Shown piece by piece: positions 35,459 to 44,990 of a DNA stretch of 64,000 nucleotides; the first letter of the stretch is position 1, and every line of letters begins with the position of its first letter. The stretch covers positions 62,001-126,000 of the IMG/VR virus record IMGVR_UViG_3300037882_001770, one strand, 5' to 3'. The position numbers were made by a program, and so were the translations under genes. Under the pieces are notes generated by a model that saw only the letters and a program-made list of their open reading frames with translations, had not been told where the DNA came from and made no database searches.

Positions 35459-36801
35459 TATCTTCCTGGTGGTCTTGGATTTGGAGGCAAGTTACCGCCC
35501 TGGTCACCGTTGTCGGCATTGGGCTTAAGAATCTCGCTGAGACTTTGTCTGCTTGGTATATTGCCCAGGTCCGTAGTTGACACAGTGTATGGGTTATTGA
35601 CAAAGCCGGCACGTTGACTTTGTGCACCTGGATTGGCTAAATTAAGATCAGTGCGTACCTGCTCTTCAATTTTGACCCAACTGGCTCCGTTGAATCGGAA
35701 CAGACGATTTGGGAAATAATCTAACCGCAATGCATAATCGCCGGCAACTGGATTGGCTGGAAAATTAACACCCGGGGTTACCGGCAAGCCATTCGGTGCA
35801 ATACCGTCACCGGTTAGATATCCTAGTGTATATCCATCTGACCGAGGGGTTATCCCCTCACCGCCTTGTGTGCCATCCACGGTTGGGGAAGTATCGTCGG
35901 CAGTCAATCCAGCACTGCTCGGTTGGCCAGTTTCGTTAGTTGGCAAAATATAAAATTTAACAGTATCGTATCCCGACAACGGTAATTCTGCATAGGCTTG
36001 TGTAAGTATGGCATCGTTGATTTGCAAATCTTTTGGTCGAGTGCTGTCTTTGTCGGCAATTGTGTCCGGAGTTATTGCTGTCCAATATTCAGTATCAGTA
36101 ATTGGTGTTCCGGGCGGCACTGGTTTATTAGCCTGATAATACAAATCACCATCTTGCACTTTTTCGCCTTGTGGATAGAAATTACCAGGATCCCAAACAT
36201 TTGGCGGCATAAATGGCTTGTCAAGTACATCCTTGTACTCTTGAGCATTTACAAGTGGTGTGGCTTTGACCCGCCAAAGGTGCGGTAACCAAGTTTGACT
36301 AAAGCCTTCACTAGCAAATGCCGCGTCTTGAATTACATAATATCTTGGCAATGCCTTGACAAGAGAAGTATCAAGTGGATTGTAATCTTTTAAATTTGGA
36401 AACTCTAACACATCACCAGCCATTAATTTACGACCAACCGAGTCAATCATGTCGTTGTAGTGGAACGTAATAAACAAAGTATCGTTGTTTAAAAACAATC
36501 CAAATTGTGTTAGATCAAAGTCAATGTCCTGCACACGATACACACCACGCATGATAAAAACATCAGGAGCATATGATCGGTCACGGTTTTCGCCCAGAAG
36601 CAGGTCTTCAATAAACAATGGGTTTTCAGTATCATACACCGGTAACGTTGCATCGTTATCTCCGGCATCACCTGTTTTTGGTCCTAGATATTTGTGAACA
36701 TAAATGTCCAACCCGCCAACAGTGTACATTTCACTGATTGTGCGGTCCAAAAACTGGTAGTCATTGGTTCTGTTTGGGCGATAAAGACTCAAGCGTGGCA
36801 T
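35458..36801 (-). CDS. Neck protein gp14-like with internal insertion
   Basis: EMYTVGG..IYVHKYLG, DLTQFGLFLNND, GRKLMAGDVLE. Confidence 0.75.
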   Translation of the reverse strand: MPRLSLYRPNRTNDYQFLDRTISEMYTVGGLDIYVHKYLGPKTGDAGDNDATLPVYDTENPLFIEDLLLGENRDRSYAPDVFIMRGVYRVQDIDFDLTQFGLFLNNDTLFITFHYNDMIDSVGRKLMAGDVLEFPNLKDYNPLDTSLVKALPRYYVIQDAAFASEGFSQTWLPHLWRVKATPLVNAQEYKDVLDKPFMPPNVWDPGNFYPQGEKVQDGDLYYQANKPVPPGTPITDTEYWTAITPDTIADKDSTRPKDLQINDAILTQAYAELPLSGYDTVKFYILPTNETGQPSSAGLTADDTSPTVDGTQGGEGITPRSDGYTLGYLTGDGIAPNGLPVTPGVNFPANPVAGDYALRLDYFPNRLFRFNGASWVKIEEQVRTDLNLANPGAQSQRAGFVNNPYTVSTTDLGNIPSRQSLSEILKPNADNGDQGGNLPPNPRPPGR

Positions 36802-36823
36802 AGTCTAGTATTTATGGGCGTGA

Positions 36824-36852
36824 TTGACTTGAAAATCAAAACGTCGTATAAT
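36824..36852 (+). promoter_or_regulatory. Consensus sigma70 promoter
   Basis: TTGACT-17-TATAAT, ATG 6 nt downstream. Confidence 0.8.
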
Positions 36853-36858
36853 TACAAA

Positions 36859-37113
36859 ATGGACGAACTATTTCAACGCCTAGACCTAGCAGAACGTGCT
36901 ATTGCTACAGTTAAAAACAAAGTGGCCAGACGCGACCTGTTAAAAATGGTAAAAGCCATAGATCGAGCTATAGTGACCGCAGATATGGAAAGTGTTGAAT
37001 GTCGCCGTGTTAAAAAAGAAACAGTGCGTTACCGAGAGCTAGTACAAAATGTAAACGATTTACTCACAAATTTGGAGCAACATATAACCTTCGCTAGTTT
37101 ACTTCGTGGTTGA
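36859..37113 (+). CDS. Hypothetical helical early protein (84 aa)
   Basis: Start reassigned to MDELFQRL, directly behind the promoter. Confidence 0.6.
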   Translation: MDELFQRLDLAERAIATVKNKVARRDLLKMVKAIDRAIVTADMESVECRRVKKETVRYRELVQNVNDLLTNLEQHITFASLLRG

Positions 37114-37138
37114 CCTTTTGAATATTTCACTGTAAAAT
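37110..37138 (+). promoter_or_regulatory. sigma70 promoter
   Basis: TTGACC-17-TAAAAT, ATG at 37146 7 nt downstream. Confidence 0.7.
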
Positions 37139-37145
37139 GCAAGCT

Positions 37146-38294
37146 ATGGCTAAAAACGAAATTGTAATTAAACGACTAAACCCCAAGGGTGCCGAAACCA
37201 AATACGTGGGCTTTGAGCCCGAGTGGAAGTTTCAACCAACACCCGAAAACCGCGTTAGTGCATTTGCCAATGCGTTTCAGTGGTACAATTACCACTACGG
37301 AAAAAAAGACGCCAAGGAAATGTTGTGTCACTATCTTGAACACAATCATCGCCCCAAGGACGCCAAACTCATGCGGGGAATTCCTGACAGCCAAATCCGT
37401 GTGACACCGGCCTGGGTTTGTCGCATGACCTTGTTGGGGTTAGAACTCACCGAACACGAACAGTGCAATATCGATGAACAAATTGCACAAATGCTCAAGT
37501 CCAAACAGGAAATCAAACGTGAAAAAGCCGACGTGGATGCAGATGCAGCAGTGGCCAAACTGACAATTCAAGATCATCTACGTGAAAAAGTAAGTGAGTG
37601 TTGTGGCGAACTCGAAGGCATGTTCGATGACTTTATTGTAGCCGGTGCCAAGATGTCAGCGGACTTCAAGCCCATTGCACTCATGCGTGGCATGAACATC
37701 AGCCCCAACATGATCAGTACAGTAACAGCAGTATGGGAGCTACGACTGGCCGAGTTCAATGAAGTGTTGACCACAGACGATGATCAACTGATTGAAGGCT
37801 ACAGCCACCTCAGCAAAAATCAACTCAAGCAGTGTGTGAAATTTTGTGAAACTGTGTTGGCTGATTGCGGTTCGTACGTTTCTATCAAGAAAACCGAACG
37901 CAAACCCAGGGCGAAGAAAACGGTTAGTCCAGAAAAGCAAGCAAGTAAATTCAAATATCTTAGGGAATTTCCAGAACTTAAAATCAAATCTGAGGCTGCA
38001 GCAAAATTGGTCAATGCATCAGAAGCTTGGTTGTATGATACTGCAAAACGCAAATTGATACATGTACTAGCAGATGCGCATCTGGGTACATTTACAGTAA
38101 AAGGATCAGCAGTTATAGCGTTTGATTCGTTGACAACTGTGCAGAAAACGCTACGAAAACCAGCGGAGCAAATCAAAGCAGTAATGGCCGGCGGCAAGCC
38201 GGCAATGCGTAAAGAATTTGGTGCAATCAAATCAACAGAAACCAAGTGGAACGGACGTGGCAACGAGAATCTTGTGATACTTAAGGCCTGGTAA
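37146..38294 (+). CDS. Hypothetical protein (~382 aa) with basic C-terminal region
   Basis: Long ORF with phage-like codon usage; no motif recognised. Confidence 0.7.
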   Translation: MAKNEIVIKRLNPKGAETKYVGFEPEWKFQPTPENRVSAFANAFQWYNYHYGKKDAKEMLCHYLEHNHRPKDAKLMRGIPDSQIRVTPAWVCRMTLLGLELTEHEQCNIDEQIAQMLKSKQEIKREKADVDADAAVAKLTIQDHLREKVSECCGELEGMFDDFIVAGAKMSADFKPIALMRGMNISPNMISTVTAVWELRLAEFNEVLTTDDDQLIEGYSHLSKNQLKQCVKFCETVLADCGSYVSIKKTERKPRAKKTVSPEKQASKFKYLREFPELKIKSEAAAKLVNASEAWLYDTAKRKLIHVLADAHLGTFTVKGSAVIAFDSLTTVQKTLRKPAEQIKAVMAGGKPAMRKEFGAIKSTETKWNGRGNENLVILKAW

Positions 38295-38314
38295 CTCCAA
38301 CACTAAATATTGGG

Positions 38315-39205
38315 ATGCGTCAAATACCCAATAAAGTTGATTTTTATATCACAAATGTTTGTAATTTAACTTGCGATCGTTGCAATCGCTTTAACAACTT
38401 TGATTTTAAAGGTTGGCAACGCTGGAGCGATTACGAGCAAACATACACCAAATGGAGCGAACTAGTTCGACTTCGTGCAATCACTATCATGGGCGGAGAA
38501 CCGTTCCTTAACCCTTCGTTGGGTGAGTGGATACAAGGACTGAACCGTCTATTTGGAATCGAGATACAAGTTTTGACCAATGGTAGTAGATTCAAGTACA
38601 GCAAAGATCTGTATCCACTGTTTCTTTATCGTAGTCCACAAACTCAAGCTCTGAATCACATCGGTGTAAGTTTGCACAACATGGCCGACTGGGAAGCCAT
38701 GCGAGAAGATATACATTATTTTCTCGAAGGCCCGGTCAAAGAATACAAAAAAGGCGATCCTGAAAATATCTGGAACAGCGATTGGTATTTTATTGACAAG
38801 AATGGCATAATGGTCAATGTGTACGTCAGTAATAATTTTGGAAACGCAGCCATAAAAGTAAACGAGTACAGTCGATTTGTACTGCACAACAATCCTATAG
38901 AGTTGGCACACCAAAACTGCGCCTTTGTCAAATGGAAAAGTTATCATTTCATCAAGGGCAAGCTGTACAAGTGCGGACCTGCTGCACTAATGCCCGAGTT
39001 TGATCTCCAGCATCCGTTTGATATATCAGACGAAGACCGACTGTTGTTGAATTCCTACAAAGCATTAGACCCTGACAACTATGCCGACTACCATGAAGAA
39101 TTTTTTAATAATTTAGACAATCCTATTGCACAATGTAAATTTTGCCCTACAACGTACGATGCTATAACCATTTACCCTGTTCGTAAGGGCAAGGGTTTTA
39201 AATAA
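38315..39205 (+). CDS. Radical SAM protein
   Basis: CNLTCDRC (CxxxCxxC), IMGGEPF, LTNG; C-terminal LYKC...CKFC. Confidence 0.85.
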   Translation: MRQIPNKVDFYITNVCNLTCDRCNRFNNFDFKGWQRWSDYEQTYTKWSELVRLRAITIMGGEPFLNPSLGEWIQGLNRLFGIEIQVLTNGSRFKYSKDLYPLFLYRSPQTQALNHIGVSLHNMADWEAMREDIHYFLEGPVKEYKKGDPENIWNSDWYFIDKNGIMVNVYVSNNFGNAAIKVNEYSRFVLHNNPIELAHQNCAFVKWKSYHFIKGKLYKCGPAALMPEFDLQHPFDISDEDRLLLNSYKALDPDNYADYHEEFFNNLDNPIAQCKFCPTTYDAITIYPVRKGKGFK

Positions 39206-39228
39206 ATACTGGATCAAGGAACACATAT

Positions 39229-39996
39229 ATGGCCCAAGCAGAAAGCACGTTAGATACACTAAAACAGCAATTGATCGAGTATGTTCGATTACAACTGGGC
39301 GATCAAATCGTTGACCTTGAATTGGATCCAGCACACTACGAGTCAGCTTATCAAAAAACAATTGGGGTGTACCGTCAACGAGCACAAAATGCCTACGAGG
39401 AAAGTTACAGCTTTATGGAGCTGGTCAGAGACGTCAACATCTACACTTTGCCACAGGAAGTGATCAGTGTCAGACAAATTTTCCGTAGAACATTCGGCGA
39501 TTCAACTGGTCCTTTTGCATCAAACTTTGATCCGTTCAGTCAGGCCAGTATGAACGTATATCTTATGAACTTCAACGTGGCAGGTGGACTTGCTACTTAT
39601 GACTTTTACAGCCAGTATGTGGAACTAGCTGGTCGCATGTTTGGCGCCTACATGAACTATACATGGAATCCGGTCACTAAAAAACTACAATTGATTCGAG
39701 ACCCCAAAGGCACAGGAGAGAATGTGTTGCTTTGGACTTACAATTTAAAACCAGAAGTTAACATGTTGAGCGACTTTCAAATTAGCCAATGGATTCGCGA
39801 CTACATGACTGCTAATTGCAAATATATCATTGGCGAAGCACGAGAAAAATTTCAAAGCATTGCAGGCCCTCAGGGCGGCACCAGCCTAAATGGCTCAGCT
39901 ATGAAAGCCGAAGCACAGACTCAAATGGATGCCAAAATTGAAGAACTTAAAAACTATGTGGATGGTTCGCAACCATTGACTTGGGTAATTGGTTAA
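39229..39996 (+). CDS. Neck protein gp13
   Basis: LQLG...VDLELDPAHY, YTLPQEVISVRQIF, WIRDY..A.CK..IGEAREKF..IAGPQGG.SLNG. Confidence 0.85.
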   Translation: MAQAESTLDTLKQQLIEYVRLQLGDQIVDLELDPAHYESAYQKTIGVYRQRAQNAYEESYSFMELVRDVNIYTLPQEVISVRQIFRRTFGDSTGPFASNFDPFSQASMNVYLMNFNVAGGLATYDFYSQYVELAGRMFGAYMNYTWNPVTKKLQLIRDPKGTGENVLLWTYNLKPEVNMLSDFQISQWIRDYMTANCKYIIGEAREKFQSIAGPQGGTSLNGSAMKAEAQTQMDAKIEELKNYVDGSQPLTWVIG

Positions 39997-40003
39997 AACA
40001 CGC

Positions 40004-40032
40004 TAGACTTTATTCTAAAATCCTGCTATAAT
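40004..40032 (+). promoter_or_regulatory. sigma70 promoter
   Basis: TAGACT-17-TATAAT, ATG 6 nt downstream. Confidence 0.7.
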
Positions 40033-40038
40033 TATAGC

Positions 40039-40560
40039 ATGGACCTAATGATCGACTTAGAAGGCCTGGGCACAGGACCTGACACTACTATTCTAACTAT
40101 TGCCGCACAGGCATTTGACCCATTTGGCGAACAAGATTTTAAACAGCAGTACTATGCCAGAGTTACTTTGGAAAGTCAAGAAAATCGTAGCATACAGCAA
40201 GGCACCATTGATTGGTGGGCAACTCAGCCAGCAGCCGCACGTGACGAAGCTTTCAATGAAGAAGGTCGAATTCCACTGGATCAGGCGCTGGACGAACTAG
40301 GCAAACTAATTTGGCACAGCAAACGTATCTGGGCACAAGGTCCTACATACGATATGAACATTCTCGAGCATGCATACAAGAGTTATGGAAAACCTATTCC
40401 GTGGCAATTTTATGCTGTGCGTGACAGCCGCACCGTGTTTAGCTTGTGGCCTGATCTACCCAAGCCCCCAACAAGCCATCATGCGCTAGAGGATTGTCGC
40501 AGACAGATCAACTTGTTACAAACTACTCTTAAACATTTTAACATAAAGGCACTAGCATGA
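40039..40560 (+). CDS. DEDDh 3'-5' exoribonuclease (Rv2179c/DUF5051-like)
   Basis: LMIDLEGL, WAQGPTYD, RDSRT, HHALEDC. Confidence 0.85.
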   Translation: MDLMIDLEGLGTGPDTTILTIAAQAFDPFGEQDFKQQYYARVTLESQENRSIQQGTIDWWATQPAAARDEAFNEEGRIPLDQALDELGKLIWHSKRIWAQGPTYDMNILEHAYKSYGKPIPWQFYAVRDSRTVFSLWPDLPKPPTSHHALEDCRRQINLLQTTLKHFNIKALA

Positions 40561-41225
40561 TTATTGGAATTTGTGGATTGATTGGCAGCGGCAAAGATAC
40601 CATTGCAGACTACTTACAAAACATTCACCAGTTTCGGCGAGAAAGTTTTGCCAACACACTCAAAGATGCTGTGAGTGCAGTTTTTGGCTGGGACCGAGAC
40701 ATGTTAGAAGGGCGCACACGTCAAAGCCGTGAGTGGCGTGAACAAGTAGACCCATGGTGGTCTGAACGTTTGAACATGCCTAATCTAACTCCTAGATATG
40801 TGTTGCAAGTCTGGGGTACCGAAGTGGCTCGCAGAAGTTTCCATGACGATATTTGGATTGCTAGTTTAGAAAACAAGCTTCGTAAAACCACAGACGATGT
40901 AGTAATATCAGACTGTCGTTTTCCTAACGAAATTCAAGCAATTAGAAATGCAGGTGGCATTGTTATCCGAGTAAAACGTGGTCCAGAACCTGTTTGGTAC
41001 GAGCTTGCTGAAAAAGTAAACCGCGGCCCTGACAATAACATTGAATGGCGCATGAGTAAAAATCAGCTTGAAACATATGGAATACATGCCAGCGAAACTG
41101 GATGGATTGGAACCAATTTTGACGCAGTAATTGACAACAACGCAGACGGGCTGGATAACTTATATGCTCAGATCAAGCATCTGGTTCAAGATCTCCAGGT
41201 TGCCAGGGCAAATCTGCCCGTTTAA
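40557..41225 (+). CDS. Deoxynucleoside monophosphate kinase (T4 gp1-like)
   Basis: IIGICGLIGSGKDT, TPRYVLQVWGTE, VVISDCRFPNE, HASE. Confidence 0.92.
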   Translation: MIIGICGLIGSGKDTIADYLQNIHQFRRESFANTLKDAVSAVFGWDRDMLEGRTRQSREWREQVDPWWSERLNMPNLTPRYVLQVWGTEVARRSFHDDIWIASLENKLRKTTDDVVISDCRFPNEIQAIRNAGGIVIRVKRGPEPVWYELAEKVNRGPDNNIEWRMSKNQLETYGIHASETGWIGTNFDAVIDNNADGLDNLYAQIKHLVQDLQVARANLPV

Positions 41226-41520
41226 TTTCCTGGGCACAGTTTAGACATATGGTTTTTAAATTGCGTACTCCGCAATTGTGCAGATTGCCATCGATATGAT
41301 ACACCAGTAGTTGACTATTGTACTTGGACCTAAAACCACAGCGATCGCATGTGGGTTTCTTTTTATAGCCCGACAACTGCCATTTGGGAACAGGTGGCTT
41401 TTTTTTCTTGCCTTTTTTGATGCAGTATTCACATCGACTTCGATAATAAACCTGTTCATTGCGATAGCAATTAATAGCACACAACCGTTGATTGCAGGCA
41501 GGACATGTGGGTCGACTCAT
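41173..41520 (-). CDS. Cys-rich zinc-binding HNH-like protein
   Basis: CPAC, CEYC, CDRC, YHIDGNLHNCGVRNLKTICLNC. Confidence 0.7.
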   Translation of the reverse strand: MSRPTCPACNQRLCAINCYRNEQVYYRSRCEYCIKKGKKKKPPVPKWQLSGYKKKPTCDRCGFRSKYNSQLLVYHIDGNLHNCGVRNLKTICLNCAQEIKRADLPWQPGDLEPDA

Positions 41521-41615
41521 CACATACTTATGTAAAACCTTACCGTAAGGGCAGTATTTCGGCTATCTTTTTGACTTATCCGATAAATATTCATAACTAG
41601 AAAAAAGGAATTACC

Positions 41616-44600
41616 ATGGCACTAATATCACCTGGCGTAGAAGTATCAATTGTTGACGAGAGTCAATATATCCCTGCCGCAACCAATTCGGTACCTTACA
41701 TCTTATTGGCCACAGCTCAGAACAAAGTTTCTGGCACTGGCGTGGGTGTTGCGGCTGGAACATTGGCAGCAAATGCTAACAAAACATATTTAATCAGTAG
41801 CCAGCGAGATTTAAGTGCTACGTTTGGAGTTCCTTTCTTTTATAAAACCACAACTGGTACTCCTATCAACGGATACGAACTCAACGAATACGGTTTACTG
41901 GCTGCGTACTCTGCATTGGGTGTATCTAACCGTTGCTATGTACAACGTGTTGACATTGATCTAGCTGAACTCACAGCTACCCTGACACGTCCAACCGGCG
42001 AGCCGGCCAATGGAACATACTGGCTTGATACAGCTAACAGCCTTTGGGGCATTTTTGAATGGAATCAAACCACAGCACAGTTTACCAACAAGGTTCCAAC
42101 TGTTATTACCAACACAGCCAATTTAGAATCTGGCACAACTGTACCATTGCAAAGCATTGGTAGCATTGGTGACTATGCTGTTGTTGCGGCAAGCGTAGAA
42201 AATCCTGTCTACTATAAACGCGGCGGCCCTACTGCTAGTCAATCATCTGCTGCAGAAATCACTAGCCTATACAATACCTGGGTACTGGTTGCTAGCGATG
42301 AGTGGAAGACTGCTTGGCCAACTGTACAAGGCACACTGGCTCCAACTACGTTGACTGCGAACGACACATTTCAAATTAACGGAAACGATTTGTTAGTTCC
42401 GGCATTTCCTGACAACACCGTAACTGGCATAGCCAATTTGATTAATACCACAGGCATCGAAGGCGTGTTTGCTGCCAACATTGGCGGTAAGTTATTCTTA
42501 TATGCCGACAGCACTGCAACTGCCGACGGAAGTACAGCCGGCGAAGGCCTGATAGCAATTGGCAATGGTCCAACTCCAGTTGGTAATCTAATGTCCGCAT
42601 TGGGCATCACTATTGGCGAATATCGTGCTCCTGCATTCCAAAGCTCGTACAGCTACGAAGTTCCGCGCTGGAGAACCACAGATACCAACCCTGAACCAAC
42701 TGGTTCTGTTTGGGAAAAAGACAGCAACGTAAACCTAGGTGCAAACATTGTAATGAAAAAATACAATTCTACACTAGGTTCATTTGTACAAGTACCGGTG
42801 CCAGTCTACATAAACGACTATTATGCAAATTACGGGTTGGACCCAAGTGGCGGCGGAGCAAATATTCCACTAAACACACTGTACGGTCGTACCGACGGCA
42901 TAAATGTGTCTCAATCGGGATTTACAGTGTATAACCGTTATGCAACCGGTCCGACTGTGATTACTGGAACGGTAACAAGCCCAACGTTTATTAACAACAA
43001 TGCCTTTACTATTCGCGCATCAACTCTGGGCTCAGTTGACACTAATCTTGGTACTGTCACTCTTACAACAGCACTTGGGCTCGATGCCGCTGGATTCTGC
43101 TCTGCTGTATCAGCAGCTGGCATACCTTATGTTAGCGCCACAGTCAACAGTGCAGGCGCAATTGTGTTTACCCATTCACTAGGCGGCGACATTGTATTAA
43201 CAAACACTGTTGGCACACCAATTGCTACTGCAGGTATTAATACCACTGTTCGCGGAGTTCGCAACGACGTAAGCGGCACTAGATTGGTCTTGTCAAATTG
43301 GACGTCAGATCCATTCTTTACCTACACTGCCAGTACCACCGCTCCAGACCAAGATCCAGCAGATGGTCGTCTATGGTATTACAGTGCTACAGATCAAGTA
43401 GATATCATGATTCAAAACAACGGCTCGTGGCTTGGCTATCAAAACGTAACTAACGATGTTCGTGGCGACGATCTTAGTGAAACCAATGCTGCCGGTCCAA
43501 TTGTAAGCACTACAGCACCAACTACACAAACTGATGACTCTGCATCACCATTGGTCTACGGTGATTTGTGGCTCAACACCAGCGACTTGGAAAATTATCC
43601 TTTGTTATACCGTTGGACTAACGTTGATGGGAACGGACAGTGGGTACAACTTGACAACACAGATCAAACTACCGAAAATGGTATATTGTTTGCAGATGCA
43701 CGTTGGGCACCAAATGGAACCACAGATCCAATTACAGACGCAATTCCAACAATCACCAGTTTATTAACTAGCAATTATTTGGATCTTGATGCTCCAAATC
43801 CTGGACTATATCCACAAGGCATGTTGTTGTTTAATACTCGTCGTAGTGGATTCAATGTCAAGAGTTTCCAGGTAGATTACTTTAACTCGACCACATTCCC
43901 AGATGACACATTGCCGACTGTTACCAACGCATGGGTCACTGCTAGTGGCAACAAGAACGACGGCGCACCATACATGGGACGCCAGGCACAAAGAGCATTG
44001 ATTGTAGCTGCCCTCAAGTCCGGTATCGATACCAGTACCACTGCTAGAGAAGAACAGAACCAATTTAACTTGTTGGCGTGTACACAGTATCCTGAATTGA
44101 TTCCTAACTTGATTGCTCTCAACAACGAACGCAACAACACAGCATTTGTGGTTGGAGATACACCATTGAGATTGACCCCAGACGAGGTAGTTAATTGGGC
44201 AACAAACGCAGATGGTACTGGCTTGCCTACTGCCGACGGTCTAACAACAGGAGATGTATATTCAGCTGTGTTCTACCCAAGTTGCCAAACAACTGACCTA
44301 AGTGGTAGTGCAGTAGTAACAGCACCAAGTCACATGATGATTAGAACAATTATTCGCAGTGACGAAGTAGCGTTTCCGTGGTTAGCACCAGCAGGTACAC
44401 GCCGCGGTGTAGTTGACAATGCTACACAAATTGGTTACATTAATGAAATCACAGGCGAGTTTGAAAGTCTAGGTGTACGTCAAGGTCTACGTGACTTGTT
44501 GTACGAAAATCGTATCAACCCAATCACATTTGTGCCCGGTGTTGGTATTACCAACTTTGGTAACAAGACTGCAACATCTATTGCAACTGCAATGGATCGC

Positions 44601-44918
44601 ATCAATGTAGCACGTCTAGTAGCATTTATTCGTAGCAGACTTGATACAATTGGTAAACAATTCTTGTTTGAACCAAATGATCAAATCACACGTAATGAGA
44701 TTACCAATGCAATTGACAGCTTGATGATTGATCTTGTGGCCAAACGTGGTATCTATGACTATTTGGTAGTGTGCGATCTTACAAACAACACACCAGCACG
44801 TATTGATCGTAACGAATTGTATGTTGATATTGCGATTGAGCCGGTTAAAGCAGTTGAATTTATTTACATACCAGTGCGTATTAAAAACACTGGAGAAATT
44901 TCTGGAACAGCTAGCTAA
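41616..44918 (+). CDS. Tail sheath protein gp18 (1100 aa)
   Basis: MALISPGVEVSIVDES; WLAPAGTRRG, LYENRINPI, DRINVARL, IDRNELYVDIAIEPVKAVEFI. Confidence 0.95.
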   Translation: MALISPGVEVSIVDESQYIPAATNSVPYILLATAQNKVSGTGVGVAAGTLAANANKTYLISSQRDLSATFGVPFFYKTTTGTPINGYELNEYGLLAAYSALGVSNRCYVQRVDIDLAELTATLTRPTGEPANGTYWLDTANSLWGIFEWNQTTAQFTNKVPTVITNTANLESGTTVPLQSIGSIGDYAVVAASVENPVYYKRGGPTASQSSAAEITSLYNTWVLVASDEWKTAWPTVQGTLAPTTLTANDTFQINGNDLLVPAFPDNTVTGIANLINTTGIEGVFAANIGGKLFLYADSTATADGSTAGEGLIAIGNGPTPVGNLMSALGITIGEYRAPAFQSSYSYEVPRWRTTDTNPEPTGSVWEKDSNVNLGANIVMKKYNSTLGSFVQVPVPVYINDYYANYGLDPSGGGANIPLNTLYGRTDGINVSQSGFTVYNRYATGPTVITGTVTSPTFINNNAFTIRASTLGSVDTNLGTVTLTTALGLDAAGFCSAVSAAGIPYVSATVNSAGAIVFTHSLGGDIVLTNTVGTPIATAGINTTVRGVRNDVSGTRLVLSNWTSDPFFTYTASTTAPDQDPADGRLWYYSATDQVDIMIQNNGSWLGYQNVTNDVRGDDLSETNAAGPIVSTTAPTTQTDDSASPLVYGDLWLNTSDLENYPLLYRWTNVDGNGQWVQLDNTDQTTENGILFADARWAPNGTTDPITDAIPTITSLLTSNYLDLDAPNPGLYPQGMLLFNTRRSGFNVKSFQVDYFNSTTFPDDTLPTVTNAWVTASGNKNDGAPYMGRQAQRALIVAALKSGIDTSTTAREEQNQFNLLACTQYPELIPNLIALNNERNNTAFVVGDTPLRLTPDEVVNWATNADGTGLPTADGLTTGDVYSAVFYPSCQTTDLSGSAVVTAPSHMMIRTIIRSDEVAFPWLAPAGTRRGVVDNATQIGYINEITGEFESLGVRQGLRDLLYENRINPITFVPGVGITNFGNKTATSIATAMDRINVARLVAFIRSRLDTIGKQFLFEPNDQITRNEITNAIDSLMIDLVAKRGIYDYLVVCDLTNNTPARIDRNELYVDIAIEPVKAVEFIYIPVRIKNTGEISGTAS

Positions 44919-44925
44919 AGTGAAT

Positions 44926-44950
44926 CGGGCAAAACCATAAATTTTGCCCG
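44926..44950 (+). other. Intergenic hairpin between sheath and tube genes
   Basis: CGGGCAAAA/TTTTGCCCG stem, no U-tract; CATAAATA promoter follows. Confidence 0.55.
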
Positions 44951-44990
44951 GTCCAGATACCATAAATAACAGTATATAGGAGAATAACAA

